Source: Vicugna vicugna (lineage: Eukaryota). From it: a stretch of DNA of 64,000 bases. Below the pieces are notes generated by a model. The model worked only from the letters and a program-made list of their open reading frames with translations, was not told the origin of the DNA and searched no databases. A program made the translations under genes and the position numbers. This document shows positions 22,961 to 37,039 of the stretch, in pieces; within the stretch, counting starts at the first letter, position 1, and each line of letters begins with the position of its first letter. The stretch spans positions 5,083,146 through 5,147,145 of the forward strand of contig MU061579.1 of NCBI GenBank assembly GCA_013265495.1. Direction: 5' to 3'.

Positions 22961-25794
22961 ACACTGTTAGAGCAATTTTATTATAATCAATAATATCAAT
23001 TGTAATAATTAACATTGTGTTTAAAATATATCCGAAAGAAAGACTCCCCACTCTCCTTGCCTGCTTACAGTACAACTTTGCCTTTGTTTTATTTTTATTT
23101 TCCACCTGTATTTTCACATTGCAAAATATAGAACTGATATATTGGGAACCTCAGTGGGATTCCTAACACTTTCTGGCTAAAGGAAATGTTCTCAGAATGC
23201 TTGCAAAGGATTCTTGGTCCTTAAATTCTTTAATTACTGACCAATCAAAACAGAAGATTATATATCCACCCCATGAAAGTTGCTTACAAATTGAATAAAA
23301 CAACATCCTTGAATAAAACAGCATCACCCAAAATCCAAGAGACAAGCCCAGGACCTTACATACGCAGTCTTCTCATCCAACCAACATTTTTTGACCTTTC
23401 ACTCACTAAGTTTTGTAAGAACATCTTTTCTTGGTCCATACACATAACAATTTAAAGGCCACACTTTGAGAAAAGTCACTTGGAACAAGGTCCTGCAGGA
23501 ATTACTTTATAGGATGGAGAGTGGGCAAAGTGGCTCCTTTGTGAAAAGGACAAAGCTCTCCATCCTTGTTTGCTAGTTTGAAAATCCTGTAGCCAATTTG
23601 GTTTGAATTCTCATTGTGATTCAGTCTTAGTGGGTCAAACTATATGAGCCAAATATTGATCTTGTCAGAAGGGGAAATTAACTGAATGACTGCGGATCTG
23701 AATCAGATTGCCTAATTGCCTGTTTTTTGCAGTCAGGAGGAAGAGATTTGGGAAATAATAGGATTCCCCCCAGAGGTAAAGAAGACAGCACAGAGATCAT
23801 ATTTTCTTGCTTTGGGTTTGCTCAGTGTTCTCTATGCTATGTTCAGTATCCCCATCTCCTCTGCACACATATCAGTCAAGTCTCAACTTTAAATCCTGTT
23901 TATCAGAATAAATACAATGAGGACAAAGCTATGTGAAACAGAAGCGTAGGTGAGAAAGTCCCACAAATTGAAAACTGAGTAGAAACATGTATCTAGTTAA
24001 ACAAGAGGGAAAAAAATGTAATAGTAATAGAGCATGGTTTCTACAGACACACTCCAAATAAGGTTCCTGAAAGTTAAGCCAGTAGGATATTACACCTAAC
24101 ATTTGTCATCTAATTCAAGTGCATTTAGAGAAACAGCTTAATCTTAGGTCCAAAGCTGTTAAATACAAATAACCACTAAACTGGAAGCTAAGCATGTTTT
24201 TTCTGGACGAACAGGGTGTTAGGTATACAATTGGAAAATTTATTTAACCTATTTTGTTTACAGACACCAAAATGAGAGAACAAGCCTCAATAATCTTTGA
24301 AGTTTTTCTCCCCCCCAACCAGATTTAACATTCTAAACTGTCCCTCTTTGTTTGATTTTTAGATTTGAAATCATTTCTTCTGATCAACAGTATACTCCCT
24401 GGATTAAGGAAAACATGCATATTTGCATATTGAAATACTAGTGTCTATCAGTAAATGTATTTGTGAGAATAAAGCACATTTCTTGGAAAGTAAGTTACAC
24501 TCTGCCATCACAGGTTTCCTGCTGTGGGATTCTTTCCTGGCTCCTCCAATCAGGGTACCTCTTAAAGAAATGGTTGTCTCTTTCATGTAAGTAGTTCAAA
24601 AAAAGGGGAAAGTAGAGCAGTTGCTCCCAGAGAAGAGGGCACTGCAGACATCATTCAAGTTGATGCTAATTCCCTTAGAGTGATCCATTGAAATGCTAAT
24701 GACACAGGCTCATTGCCTCTGGCCTAAATGTTCTGAACTTTGCTTCCTCTCTCAGTACTGCACTACCTGTACAGTGCAGAATGAAAGTTACAGCTGTGGA
24801 CCTTCTGCTAAGCAGCAGGCATTTTTCACAAGACAAATTACCACAGGAAGTTATAGCGAAAGGCAAAAAAAAAAAAAAAAAACTTTCTACAATGTGCAAG
24901 TGCTCTTTTCCTTATTTTAATAATGAAGATAAGTGATCACCTTCTAGGAAAGCCTCCCAGACAAACCATATCTATAATTTCTTGGGCATAATTATGTCCC
25001 AAGAACTAAAACTCCATAAACCTATCGCTGAACTTTTCGTTGTCCTCAAGGGTGGTTTTTGAATGTAGAAGTCTGTTCAGGGTTATAAGCAATTAGTATT
25101 CAATATATGAAAGGTGCTGCTTCAAAACTTAACCTCCATTTTAGGCTTTTAAATTCAGTTTGCAAATCTTACTAGACTATGTATGAAGCTAGCACATTTT
25201 AACAAACTTTGAGTAATTTTGTTCTCATCTGCAAACTAAATTAAAAAATGTTTAAACAAAATTTATACGTTCAATATATTTGATTTATTCTTTAGAATTC
25301 AATTTTCAGTTTTAGCCATCTTCTGGACACCTAAATAATTCTTATAAATATGTTAAATAAAATTTACAAATACAGTGAACCTAACTTCTCTTCCATGCTG
25401 AGTCTCATGCATTCATTTAATACAATTTTAAGACACAGTATAATGTTAAGTCAATTACTCACTTCTATATATTAAATTTGAATGACAAGGCAATTACTCT
25501 AAAAGGCCAGGGTCTCTTAAATATACAAAAGTATGTAATTGCGCATTTGTTTTCTAGCTTTAGTTTCCAAATATGTAGCTCCCTATTATGCACATGTTGG
25601 CCTCTCTTTGCTTACCTCTATATTCATTAGTTTCTCTAAGATCATTTTGATCTTCTTAAAAAATTGTGTTCTTTTTCCTTGTTTGGTTTTTTAGTTTGTC
25701 ATTACTTTTTCATAAATCATTTAAAGTGATATATTCTAAATTTCTTGTGCTACAGTAACAATATTTCAATTTATTTTATTGTTGTCTTCAGAAT

Positions 25795-25895
25795 ATTCAT
25801 TCAACAAATACTTGCATAGTAGCTACCATGTGCAAATCATTGTTCAAAAACAATGGTGAATATGCAAAGTGAGGTGTCTATTGTCCTAGACTGGT
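25795..25895 (-). mobile_element. L2 3' end fragment
   Basis: 'attcattcaacaaatactt...ctaccatgtgc'. Confidence 0.6.
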
Positions 25896-27539
25896 TATAA
25901 TTCTGATAAATTACTTGTACCTTGTATAGATGGGATGGAAAAACTGACTAAATCTAATAAAAGTTGGAACATTTCTTTGCATGTGATTTCTTAATTACAA
26001 ATCTGGTTTAGGTATATCTATTGCCATTTCTATTTTATGAGTATGAATATAAATATAAATACATGAGAGGTGGTTTCCCTTAAATTGTTTTGTTTTCTCT
26101 CCTTCACTAAAACAAATTCTCTTTGCTATATTTAAATTTGCATTTTGAGTTTCCACAGCACTTTTCTTGCCAGTAGCCATTTGAATCCAATACTAAGTTA
26201 CAAGTTTCTTCCTGAACTCACATGGATAAATTTCCTCTTCTTGAAAATGGGCTTGATGTAACTTACTTGACGTGGAATGATGGGCTTTTTTATGAGAAAA
26301 TAATATTTGCTTTTGGTTTTTGTCACCTCTGATTTTTATTTGGTTCCTGATATATTAAAAAAAAAGACATTTTGTTTTTATTCACATATTTTAAATCTTT
26401 CTAGAATAATCAGATGAATTAAATATAACTAGATGAAATAAATACTGATTTTAAATGATCTTTTTTTTGTGTGTTATACCTTAAGAGTTCCACATTTAGT
26501 TTTATACACTAATGATCACGGTTATACATACTGAGAATTGCATAGAATTCTTTAGGTAGCAGAGTGGGGAGTCCACAAGTTACTTATTATGTATAATGGT
26601 TTTTGAAAGATATGACAAAGAAACATATATAAACCTGCTTCAAATAAGAATATTTACCTACCCTCCCCAAAAAACATATGAGATCATTCATCCATACAAC
26701 TAATAGGAAAATTTAATATTTGCAAAGAACAGAATTATTTTTATCTTCATTATTTAGTTACTTAACAGAAATAGAATAAAATAATGTTATGTTTTAATAT
26801 CTATAAGTGTAATTATTTACATTTTTGCCAAAGAAACAATTAACCTTTATTAACAAAAAAAATTTCTCTTTCCTCTAGAGAAACATCTAGTAAAATATAT
26901 AAGCAAGTTGTAAATTTTGCCTTGATTTGATTTCATGTTTCTGAGTTCATATGTGGGTATTTTGTACAGCCAGAAGCAGAACTGGAAAAATTATATTTCA
27001 AGCTATTCGTTGCTTTTCAAACACTTATCAAAACTGTCTACAGAAAGTATTTTCACACTTCTATAAAATTTTTCATTTTTATCTTAGAAATTTATTGCCA
27101 AAATGAAAGATTGAGTAGTAGTGATTTCAAAAGCTATCAGCTAATTTGTTAGCATTTCAGAAAGGTGTCAAAAGTTTTTTGAAAAGGTTTTTTTTTTCCC
27201 TGAATCATTTCCATTTTGTTGTTATTACTAATAGTATAAATATTACTTGTAGGCAAGTGTCCTTTAATAAGCTGAAACCAACTGTGGGCACCATAATATA
27301 CAGAGCCTAAAATGGAGTTCACAGTCTGTTTAACTGTTAATATACTGCCCACAAATATTTATTTCTATGCACTGATAAACAGATAGTAAGTAAGAAGGGG
27401 GAGTCTCCAATAGTTTATAGGAAGAGCCAAGAGGATGGGCAGGTATACTAGTATACATACATGTATATTATAAAATCTTGGTTACCCCCCACCTTTCTTG
27501 TTTCTTTCTCCCATTTAATTAATTTATGTTTATTTTCTG

Positions 27540-28490
27540 TCTTTTTTTTGGTAATATGAAAAAAATCTTTGGCAATTTTTTCTTATATAAGCACGTAAAG
27601 CCAAAAACTTCTAAGCACAGATTCATCATGCTCCCACAAATTTTGGCATGTTTTGCTTCATTTTCATTCATTACAAAACATTTAAAAATTCAACTTGTGA
27701 TTGTCTTTTTCTTATGGATTTTAATTATATTTTAAATTTTCAAATATTTGAATATTTGTACATTTCTGTGATTAATGTCTAGTTAAATTTTACTGTGATC
27801 AGAGAATATGTTTTGTATAAATCCAATCTGTATATTTGTTAAAATTTATTTTATGGCTCAGGGCATGGTATTTCATAATGATTGTCACTGTGTACTTGAA
27901 CAGAATGTATATTCTTCTGTTGTTGGGCAAAGTGTTTTACAAATGCAGATTTAACTCCATTGTTTGATGGTATTATTGAAATGTTCTATAGTTTACCTGA
28001 TTCTTTGAAATCTACTTTTTTATCAATTACTGAAAAAGGGGTATTGAAATTTCCAACTGCATTTCAGTTTAGCTGATTTTTCATGTGTTTCCTCTTTTTT
28101 CTTTTCTTGTCTATTGAACATTTACAAGAGTATACTTCCATTTCTCCCCTCATCTTTTGAGGTATATTGATATATTTCACTAACACATATATTTGAAATT
28201 TACAAAGTCTTGGTAATGTTTTGTTTGAAGCAATCAGTTATCTTTTAAAGATTCGTTCACATAAAAATTACTATACCTACTAGCATACCCTACCTTCCCG
28301 CTCCATCATATCTCTCATTTCTGGGTTTGATTCTACCCAGAGATTTTTCTGCTGGTTATGGGTCATATTGTCCTACTTCTTCATTTGTTGTTACAGTTTT
28401 TTGATACAGGACATAATAAATTTTCCATTGCTGAGTGATACATTTTATTGATGTTTTTAAAGATTATTACATATTTTTTCCAGGCATTCT
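27540..28490 (-). mobile_element. Old L1 fragment including the ORF2 endonuclease region
   Basis: 'tgtgtacttgaacagaatgtatattcttctgttgttggg' and 'tattgaaatttccaact' match antisense L1 endonuclease sequence. Confidence 0.75.
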
Positions 28491-28829
28491 GTAGTCTGAA
28501 ATGAATCTGTCATATAAGCAAAATTTCTCTACTTTCTAAGGGAATTTTGCACAATTCCCAGCTCTTCTTGTGCTCAAAATTGTTTGTCTTCAGGAGCCTG
28601 AATTTTTTTCCTGTGAATTCTTGCCCAGTCTCGTTGAAAGCAATCTTTGCCATTCTCTCTGTTGCCAACTTCCTTGAGCAGTACCTTGCAAACAGTCATC
28701 CAATTTCTTTTATTTAACTTTATAAATGTCTTTCAGTCAGATAGTAGGAACATAAAAGAGAGGTCAATTCAAATCTTAAGAACTGACAATTCTCAAAGTT
28801 GAAAATGATCAATCCTTGCAGGATGTAGG

Positions 28830-29225
28830 ATTTCTCAGTTATTTATTCCATCAAAAACTACTAGACAACTTGGTGAATTAAACAGAAGCAATTTTATTAT
28901 TTCTCATGATTCTGTGGGCTGCAGTCAACTAAAGGACTGACTTGTCTGAAACATCCAAAATAGCTTATTCACATAATGTCCTTAGTGCAGTCAGCTGGAG
29001 TTCAGCTGAGGCTGTCATAAGAAACACCTCTCCTCTTAAACCCTGTGGTTGCTGTAGGTGCCTGGACTTCTCGGAGAGTGCTGGCTCAGTTCTAAGAGGC
29101 AGGAGGTGAAAACTGGCAGTCCTTCTGGGGACAGAGGAAATAACGTCCATCTCTTGATGTGAGAAATGGTATGTATGCACACACAGAGAAGGAATTGTTG
29201 AGGGTCACTGTTTGAGACTAATCCA
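28830..29225 (-). mobile_element. MaLR LTR (MLT1F/G/H-like)
   Basis: 'attttattatttctcatgattctgtggg', 'cagctggagttcagctgaggctgtc' and 'ccatctcttgatg'. Confidence 0.7.
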
Positions 29226-30256
29226 GGGAATGAGAAAAAATTATATTCTTGATGTCTTCTTGCTCCCTTCTTTCAATGTATTTTTCTTTTATAGGTGAGG
29301 AGCAGGTATGGGGATGGAAGGCAGAAAGACCCAGGCCTGTGGATGTTGAAACTTTGCTTCGGCCTTTATCCCTGTTAGTTGTGGCATCCCCTGCATCACT
29401 TCTCATCTGTGTGAAACATTCATATCTCTTTTCTGGGAACAAAATCTGGCTAAGCTTTATATTCTCAGATGTTATTTCAGATCTCTATCTGTGAAACAAT
29501 TTTCCCCCCATTCATTCCTGTTAACCATTCTTCGCTCTAATCTTACAGTTTATTGAGTGTTATTTTCCATTCTTTAACACAAAGCAGAACTTTACCAAAA
29601 GCTATTAAAAAGGAACTAACAGTAAAATAAACAGAGTTTCAAAGCATATTTGATATATTGTGGCAAAAGTAGAAGTATCGTGATTTTTAAATTTTGAGAT
29701 TTTATACTTTCCTAGTCCTCGAGTAAACTATAATAGAAGAGTACTCTTCTTGTTTTCTTTCCAAAACCAGAACCAAATAAATTTGGAATATTAAACAGCT
29801 GTAAACATATTCCACTCTAGTAATTGAAAAAAAGTGATAATATATTATAAAACAAATCACTTTTCACAACTATAAAAATAACAGATCTCAGACATCTAGC
29901 GATATTTGTCTTGGATATAGGATACTCTTTAAATATGTGGGGAAAAAATCAATTACTTCATCCACGATGTTAGTGACAATGCCAAAAGATATGCTTTTAA
30001 GCATATGTGACACTATTTTTTTTTACTTTCTCAATATTCATCTATGTACGTGCTTAAAAATTTATGCCAGTTTATAATTTCGAATATGATCATACCATCA
30101 AAAGAATTTTCATCAAGATAGTAGAGATTATTATACTTCTTCAATTTAACCATTCTGTAATGAGAATTATTTTGCAGTTTGTGTCCTTAAAGTGGTGGTT
30201 CTATCTTGAATTCTGAGAAAATATGAAAATAAGCTCTTTAGATACAGACACAAATC

Positions 30257-30745
30257 TGTATCAGGTAGAATGCCATCTAGTCAGGTCTGAAAAAGTAATC
30301 TAAATATGGCTTTAAAATTGTGTAAACTTATTTTATCTACCTTTATTTATTATTCACATTAAGAGACGTGAGTAAGGAACGCTAGTAGGGCATCTAATTC
30401 TGTGTCAGTGGCTTCACTGAGCACACAGGATCCTTCCATTGTTCTGTTGTGTAGTCCACAGCATGTTTGTTTTGCCCCTTAACTTAGCTCCCATCATAGG
30501 CACAATATGGCTATTATAATTCCTGCATTCCATCTAGAGGTGTAATGTAATACAGGAAAATGGAGTATCTATCTTCTATGTGTTGCTTTTTAAGAGCGAA
30601 GACATTTTTCTCTATTGGCCTGTAGCAGACCTATCCTCATTGGCCCAAACTGAATCAAATTATAATTCAAAACAACAATCACTATTAACAGAAATGACTG
30701 TCATTGGTTTAGCCTATTCAAATTTATCCCACTTCTGGAGCCAGT
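30257..30745 (-). mobile_element. Old MaLR LTR (MLT1J/K/L-like)
   Basis: 'tgtatcaggtagaatgc', 'caatatggct' and 'tctcattggcc'-like motifs. Confidence 0.6.
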
Positions 30746-30782
30746 TACTGTTACGTAGTATGTAAATTATATTGTTCTGTGT

Positions 30783-30854
30783 GCTAGGGTGTGTTTGTTT
30801 TTTTGAACTACATCCAGAGCTAGGGTGTATTTGTTTTTTCAATCTATACCCAGG
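30783..30854. repeat. Imperfect 36-bp tandem duplication (2 copies)
   Basis: gctagggtgt(g/a)tttgttttt... starts at 30783 and at 30819. Confidence 0.85.
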
Positions 30855-31330
30855 GGTTTGCCATTTACTACAATCTGAAACCAGTGTTAAATCTGAGGTC
30901 CATATTCCACAATTCAGCTATGTTTGTCATTGAGCAGTCCCAGAGATGTTGCTAATTAGTGAAATCAAAGTTTGAAATAGATTCTTATGGAAAAAATTGA
31001 CAGCTTGTTAATTAGGAAAATCAATTTTATAAATTGAATTTAATTGGCTAAATTAGTGAACTGGTGAATGTGTATGGATCAACTAAAATACTGTAGAGAC
31101 ACTGGCTGCATTTGCATGAATGGGGTATAAGAATTTAGTAAGTCCTTCACTTTTTACTATTCAGAATGTTGTACGAGGCTTTTTTTTTTTGGAATTTTTT
31201 TTTTTTGTCCAGAAACAGAATATAGAAGACAATGGGTTTCTCATCTCTTCTATAAGACTGACTGATCTCAGCCTCTAGAATAGAGTCATGCTGTCTTCAG
31301 TAAAATCTTCCATGAAAAGTGAGTTTAAAG

Positions 31331-31574
31331 ACCGATGTGCTCTTGTCCATTTGTACCAGCTTGCAAGGGCCAGTGGTTAGTATCTCTTCCCAGTGCTACA
31401 TGTAGAGACATAATATTGATTGCTTAAAACTGGCCAGGGTAAGAGTATTCACATCATGGAAATAGCAAATCCTAGATATCAATTTTTGTTTTAGTATGGA
31501 TGATGTATGTTTGTATGTATGTATGTACATACACATTCCTATACTCATTGAGCTGGCTTAATAGTACACCACTG
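31331..31574 (+). mobile_element. hAT-Blackjack MITE (MER63A-like) with an internal (TATG)n tract
   Basis: 'tgtaccagcttgcaagggcc', 'gagtattcacatcatggaaat' and terminal 'tacaccactg'. Confidence 0.7.
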
Positions 31575-32029
31575 ATTTAAAGCAACAAATTCAAAGAGGT
31601 GGGACTGCATGAAGTTACACAAGAGATTAAATGATCAGTGTGCTTAGATGCCTCATTATGAATATATGATCTACGTATAGAGCAAGACTTTGGTCTGAAA
31701 CTTGACTTTCAAACTTTCAAAGTTGTCAAAAAAAAGAAAGAAACGTGGGCCTTAACATCCTCTAAATATTAATGGCATCTTCTATGTGCAAAAGCAAAGC
31801 AAAACAAACAAAACAAAAATAAAGCAAAAAACTTTTAATTATAAACAACTAAACTGTCACGGAGGTTCAAAACTCATCCTCCATGGGTGTGGATACCTGA
31901 ATTAATTTGATTCCTGTTATTAGGAAGGAAGAACGTGATTCATGTAGGCAATCAAAAGCTTCTTACCAAATTTCAAATCTCGCTCAATCTCTCTCTCAAT
32001 CTCCCTCCTCCCCCTAACCACCCCAGTAT

Positions 32030-32470
32030 ATATTCTTATCAGCCAGCTATTTCTGAACAACAAACATACCAATACTCACTTACTCCTGCCGGGCAGGATG
32101 CAGGTTGGCTAGGGGGCCGGCTAACCTACGCTGGCTTTGGCTGAGCTGTTCTGCTCGAGCTGGAGCTCCATCTGGGCTTGGCTCCTGATCCTTGACTGGG
32201 CTTAGGTCTGCATCATGTGCACTCATTCCATGCTCCAGGCTGAAGTGGCGGCAGCTAACCCAGGGGTGTTATTTTTATGTGATGACAGATTTGCAAGAGG
32301 CCAAACCTGAGCAGGTAAGCATGTGAAAATTAACCTCCCATTATTCAAAGTAAGTCATAGAGTCAAGTCCAGAGTTAGAGAGTGGAAGGTACACTCCCAA
32401 CATGAAGTCAAAACATCATATAACTAAGGCCAATACTGTTTAAAAAGTAAAACTGGGAACATTATCCCTA
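32030..32470 (-). mobile_element. MaLR LTR (MLT1H/I-like)
   Basis: 'gggcttggctcc...ggtctgc...ccaggctgaag...caaagtaagtcatag'. Confidence 0.65.
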
Positions 32471-32599
32471 AACTTGTGCAGAAATAAACCTGTAGAAAAC
32501 TGGCATCTATCCTTAGGATTTGCAGCAAGAGAAATTTTACTTAAAGTAATAAATGACAATCTTAACGAACTAGAAGCTTCAGAGTATAGGAGAATATTT

Positions 32600-33035
32600 C
32601 ACAAATGTACTTAAAACACTAAAATTCAGCAAGAAACTTCAAACATATATTAGGAAAATTCATAAGAGATGGATGGCTTTGCCTCAGTTTGAACGAACAG
32701 GATTCTGTCCTGAGCCAGAAACCAAGTATTTTATTTCTTGTGGCACAACAGGAAGCATGAGCTTCATTTTCTCCTTCGTTCCTCCTGCCCCATGGAGGGA
32801 AGGGGAGACGCAGAGCTATGCCCAGGCAGATGTGCACACAGCATGTCTGTGTTACAGCTCAGAAATCTAAAGCTTAGAGAACCCCTTAGCTTATAATGGG
32901 GCTGACAGCAAATATTCTCAACCTTTGCTCTAGAGGGAGACATTACCTTTATTTTCTTGGACAAGAAAGAAGTTGGCTCTCTCATCTGGAGGGAGACACC
33001 GTACCTTCTTCAGATGTGTACTATAAAAACATCCA
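32600..33035 (-). mobile_element. MER68/MER77-like ERVL LTR
   Basis: 'cttataatggg...cctttgctctagagggagacatta' is the antisense of MER68-group motifs. Confidence 0.6.
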
Positions 33036-33279
33036 TCTTTAAAATATTTTAAAATTATCTGAACACCTGATTTTCTTGGGAAGTGAAACAGAAGATTACT
33101 CTTTGGAAGATATATATTGTTAGTAAGCCTGCTTTACCCAAATTGTACAATCATAAATCATTTACTTGGAACTCATTAGAGTAACTACAGAACATCAAAA
33201 GCATGTTAAGTAAAAAAGAAATTCTGTATTCTCAACAGAGAAAATAATTAAAGTGGTTAATATTTAGTTTCATGCAATC

Positions 33280-33545
33280 ATTAATTAAAAGCACAAGGTT
33301 CAGAGCCAGACTTCGGATTTTAGATTGCCATTTACTGGCTGTGCGGGCAAAGCTGTAAGACTTAACTTTTTTGGGTCTTTGTTTCTTCACTTGTAAAAAC
33401 GTGAATCAACATCACCATTTTCTTCTTCATCACGATCGTCATCATCACCATCATCATCACCATAGCAACCGTCTTATAGTATGAACATTTAATACGGTGA
33501 AAGCACTTGGAAAAGAGCCTATTAGGTATCAAGCACTATACAATA
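33280..33545 (+). mobile_element. MIR SINE with an embedded imperfect (CAT)n tract
   Basis: 'gagccagac', 'gccatttactggctgtg', 'gtttcttcacttgtaaaa' and 'aaagcacttggaa'. Confidence 0.7.
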
Positions 33546-33679
33546 AGAAAACAATTGTATCCCAGCTTTATACACTATTAACTTTTTATACATTCAGAAG
33601 GGCATTTTGAACTTTGTTTAGTTAAACTCTTGCTTTCATGATGATAAAGACAACAGACCAGTAAGCAACTTTTCAAAGT

Positions 33680-35140
33680 CACAGCTTCTTAGATGTGTGT
33701 GAGATATGATTGATAGATACCATCATCTTCCTTCTCATCTACTCATTCTTAGTGTCACTAATCTTAAGCCAGCACTTCTGTTGGTCTATAGTGCTTTTTC
33801 AGTGGGATGAATCAGACCTTTATCCCTGAGGTGTCTGAGCTCCCACTGCTCTCCCCTTATGAGGTCCGTTTAGTACCGTGGCCTATGTGCTATTGCAGAT
33901 GACAACAGGTGCAGCAAGAAGGACCGCAGGGTAACCCCTGAGCCCCAGAGGTACACCCCTCTGATCCCATTATATAGTAGCAAACTCCTGATCCTCATAA
34001 TTATCAAGTTTAATTTTCCACACATTAATAGAACATTTTTTTTGGTCTGTTGATCTAATTCTATGTAGAGCCTGAAATAACTGTACAGCATAACTTTAAA
34101 GTATAACTTCAGGGAATGGGGACTATATTAGAGCTGCAGGAGGGAAACACAAATCCCCTGAGCCACTGAGAGTGATGGTGAAATCACCACTCCTTCTTCT
34201 ATCCTTTTTTGATTTCTGGATCTATGGATTCTAACTGTAGGGACATGACATGGTACAATGGCCGCTGGGTCAAAGATTATACTGAAATCTGAAGAATATT
34301 CTCTTAACACTGAAAGGCATCATCTGCAGGTTGGTGCTCAGGTCAAACCTTTAAGAGGCTATTCCAATATTCAACCAGGTAAGCAGTTTACAATGTGTGC
34401 TGTCTGTAACTCTGCGTCCCTTACCTATATGTGCACTGTCATGCTTTCTCCAAAATGAAAACACATTTCTCTAAAGAAATGTTAGGTTGGATCTTATGTT
34501 AACAATCAATTTTTTCAGCCCACCAATAGCATTGTTGACTGAGGTACTGCAGGAAGTGAAGGCAAACCCAGTCCTGGAATGCATATTGATCTCAGTAAGG
34601 ATGAAAGATGGCTCTTCTTAACATCAACTTGCCACTAAGTGGCTGATTGGTCTTGAAGGATGGTACCACCACACCAAGGTGTTGATATCTGTCTCTTCAG
34701 CTGATATTCGATATTTTTCAGGAGCAGCAACTAGACAGTCTACGTGAATGAAAGTCCTTGTTGTTGAGCTCATGCTTTGCCTTTGACTTTGCCACCATAA
34801 CTGGTGAATGAATTATGTGGACAACAATCTAAACATTCTGATGTGTCTTAGATACACATTTCGATACTTCTGCTCCATGGACATAATCTGACATCATATC
34901 TATGTAGCTTGATGCATATGTTTCTTCTGTTATCTTTTAGAACTTAATACTTCCAATGTTATTATCTCCCATTTACCTCTGTGAGTGAAGGAAAGATCAG
35001 TAGTATCACCGTATCACCAGTTGTCCCACTCACATCGAAGATGTGGGCATTCTAACCCTGGTACTCAGTGTTACAATGAATCAAGTCAACAATTACGTAC
35101 TGATTACACATATGTATATGGAGCTCCAGGCTGCCTCTTA
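33680..35140 (-). mobile_element. ERVL internal relic (integrase and dUTPase region, many stops and deletions)
   Basis: Minus-strand peptides AQQQGLSFT (34743-34769), DQSAT*WQVD (34623-34652), ILTEINMHSRTGFAF and RIHRSRNQ parallel ERVL pol AQQHGLPLT, DQPATWWQVD, VLTGIDTYSGYGFAF and RIHGSRNQ in the same order. Confidence 0.85.
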
Positions 35141-35659
35141 CAGAGAACAGAAAAATGCAGTCCCTATCCTAAAACAGGCAAGAATTCTTTCTAGGTCTTT
35201 TTCTCTTTTTACCTGCTTTCTACTCCTTTGCTCAGAATAAGCCAGTCTAATTTATAATCTATGAATATCTATATTATTTTATTCTGAAATTATATCTTTG
35301 CTGAAGATATGGTGAAGAAGAAAAAAATGAATCTAAATATTAATTTTGCAAGTGTATGTCTCAGGGATCTTCTTGTCTGACTGACACATTTAGCTGAATG
35401 CAGAGTTTTAGTCGCACAGCTATGAGGCAGTATAATCTGACATGTGTTCTCCTCAGAAAAAGAATCTAAGTGCTCCATAGTTAAATACTTTGGCCAACCT
35501 TCCTGGAGATTCATAAAGTAAATTACTTTTAAAAAGCTTCTGTGATGTTGTGTTATCAAGGAGTATGTTCTAATACCCAGAGTATTAAAAAAAAATTAAT
35601 ACACACCTTCCTCAAATTTTCTAATGAAAAAATTTATTTTGTCAATTAATCCACAGGAG

Positions 35660-36000
35660 AAATTGTCAATAGGATGTCTGGATCCAAGAGCAAAATTCAC
35701 ATCATCAAGGTCTATAATTCTCCTACTTCTTTTTCTGTTTATTTCAATATGTTGCCTTCATTCTATAGAAGGAATCTCTTTGTGTAGAATGAAAAGGACC
35801 ACTGATATATGTAGGTTCACATTCTGTCTGACTGGTAAGCCTCTATGCATATGCAGAGAAGGGCTTTAACTCGACCCACCTAGGTCTTGTGCTTGCTGTG
35901 GAAACCATCCCTGATGCCAGCAGTACAACAACTGGCCCAACAAGGGTCAGGTGGCTGGCTTAGGAAGCAAGAGAGGAAGGCCTCAAGGGAAACAGGGCTA
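35660..36000 (-). mobile_element. Old MaLR LTR fragment (MLT1J/K-like)
   Basis: 'catcatcaaggtc', 'tgttgccttcattct' and 'ctggcccaacaagggtcaggtg'. Confidence 0.5.
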
Positions 36001-37039
36001 TGCCGTCTCTATATTCTACCATTTATTACCAAACTTGTTTGAACATAAAGCACTTTTATCAGAAATATCTAACAAAATATATTTGTAGAGCCTATTCAGA
36101 GATTGACATTTTTATAATTATCTATAGTTCAAATCACAAGGCTACTATGTGCCCAACTGTTTCTATCATGTGTGATTCTTTCCATTAATACCAAGAAATA
36201 CAACATATGTTGAATTTATATGCAAGCAAGATGGCTTGAATATACATTGTGATCATATCTTTAAATAAAGAAAAATAGTGATGATTTTCTAGGTATCAGT
36301 TTAAAAAAACTCACAATGTGTTACATAATCTAGTGGTAGAGTATTGAACATTTTAAAGATTTTTTTTAATACAAAAAAGTCAGGGTTGGATAATCTAGCC
36401 AAGAACATTGAGTGAGAAGCACTTTGATGCTTAGCTACATAATCAAACAATGTGACAGTGGGAAGTAGGAAGGTCAAATGAAAAGAAGTGGTAACAAATG
36501 AGCATTGATTTCAGGTCACTGAAGTATATCTTGAACAGTAAAGTGGCCATCCCGAGTTGTTAAGAATTCCACAGTACATAGAAAATAGAAAGTATTCTAA
36601 CGCTGATATGTGAAAAAAATTTTAAAACATGTTCTTTCTTAAAATACATGAGAAAGATACTGATTCAAAAATATCAAATGTAAAATCCAGTAGAAACATT
36701 CCATTTTTATATTCAAACCTGTGCATGTGTTTAAACTTAATGTTTGTAATGGTTAGTATAATATGAAATGGATACAATTTTTCAAAGTAAACATAATTAT
36801 CAATAACAATTTGCAAGTAAAATTCAGAATTTTGGCCAGGGACTATTATACTATTAAATTAAAATTTAGTTGGGGATATGTAAAAAATAAGGAAATCTTT
36901 TTTTTCAAGTTCATAAATGCAGATTTTAGAAGACATTATTTAAATAACTTCAGCCCATCAACTAGAGTTCAAACTAGTCAAATTTCTGTTGTTTCTATTC
37001 TCTCACTAATCCAAGAAAGAAAAATAGAAATAATCCCTG

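Noticed and set aside
29249..29494. Acceptor-like site near 29294 with an 81-aa ORF
   Set aside because: No recognisable protein and no supporting partner exon
30900..31096. Possible ancient Tigger-like element
   Set aside because: Only a terminal ACTGTA hint; I could not identify matching inverted repeats
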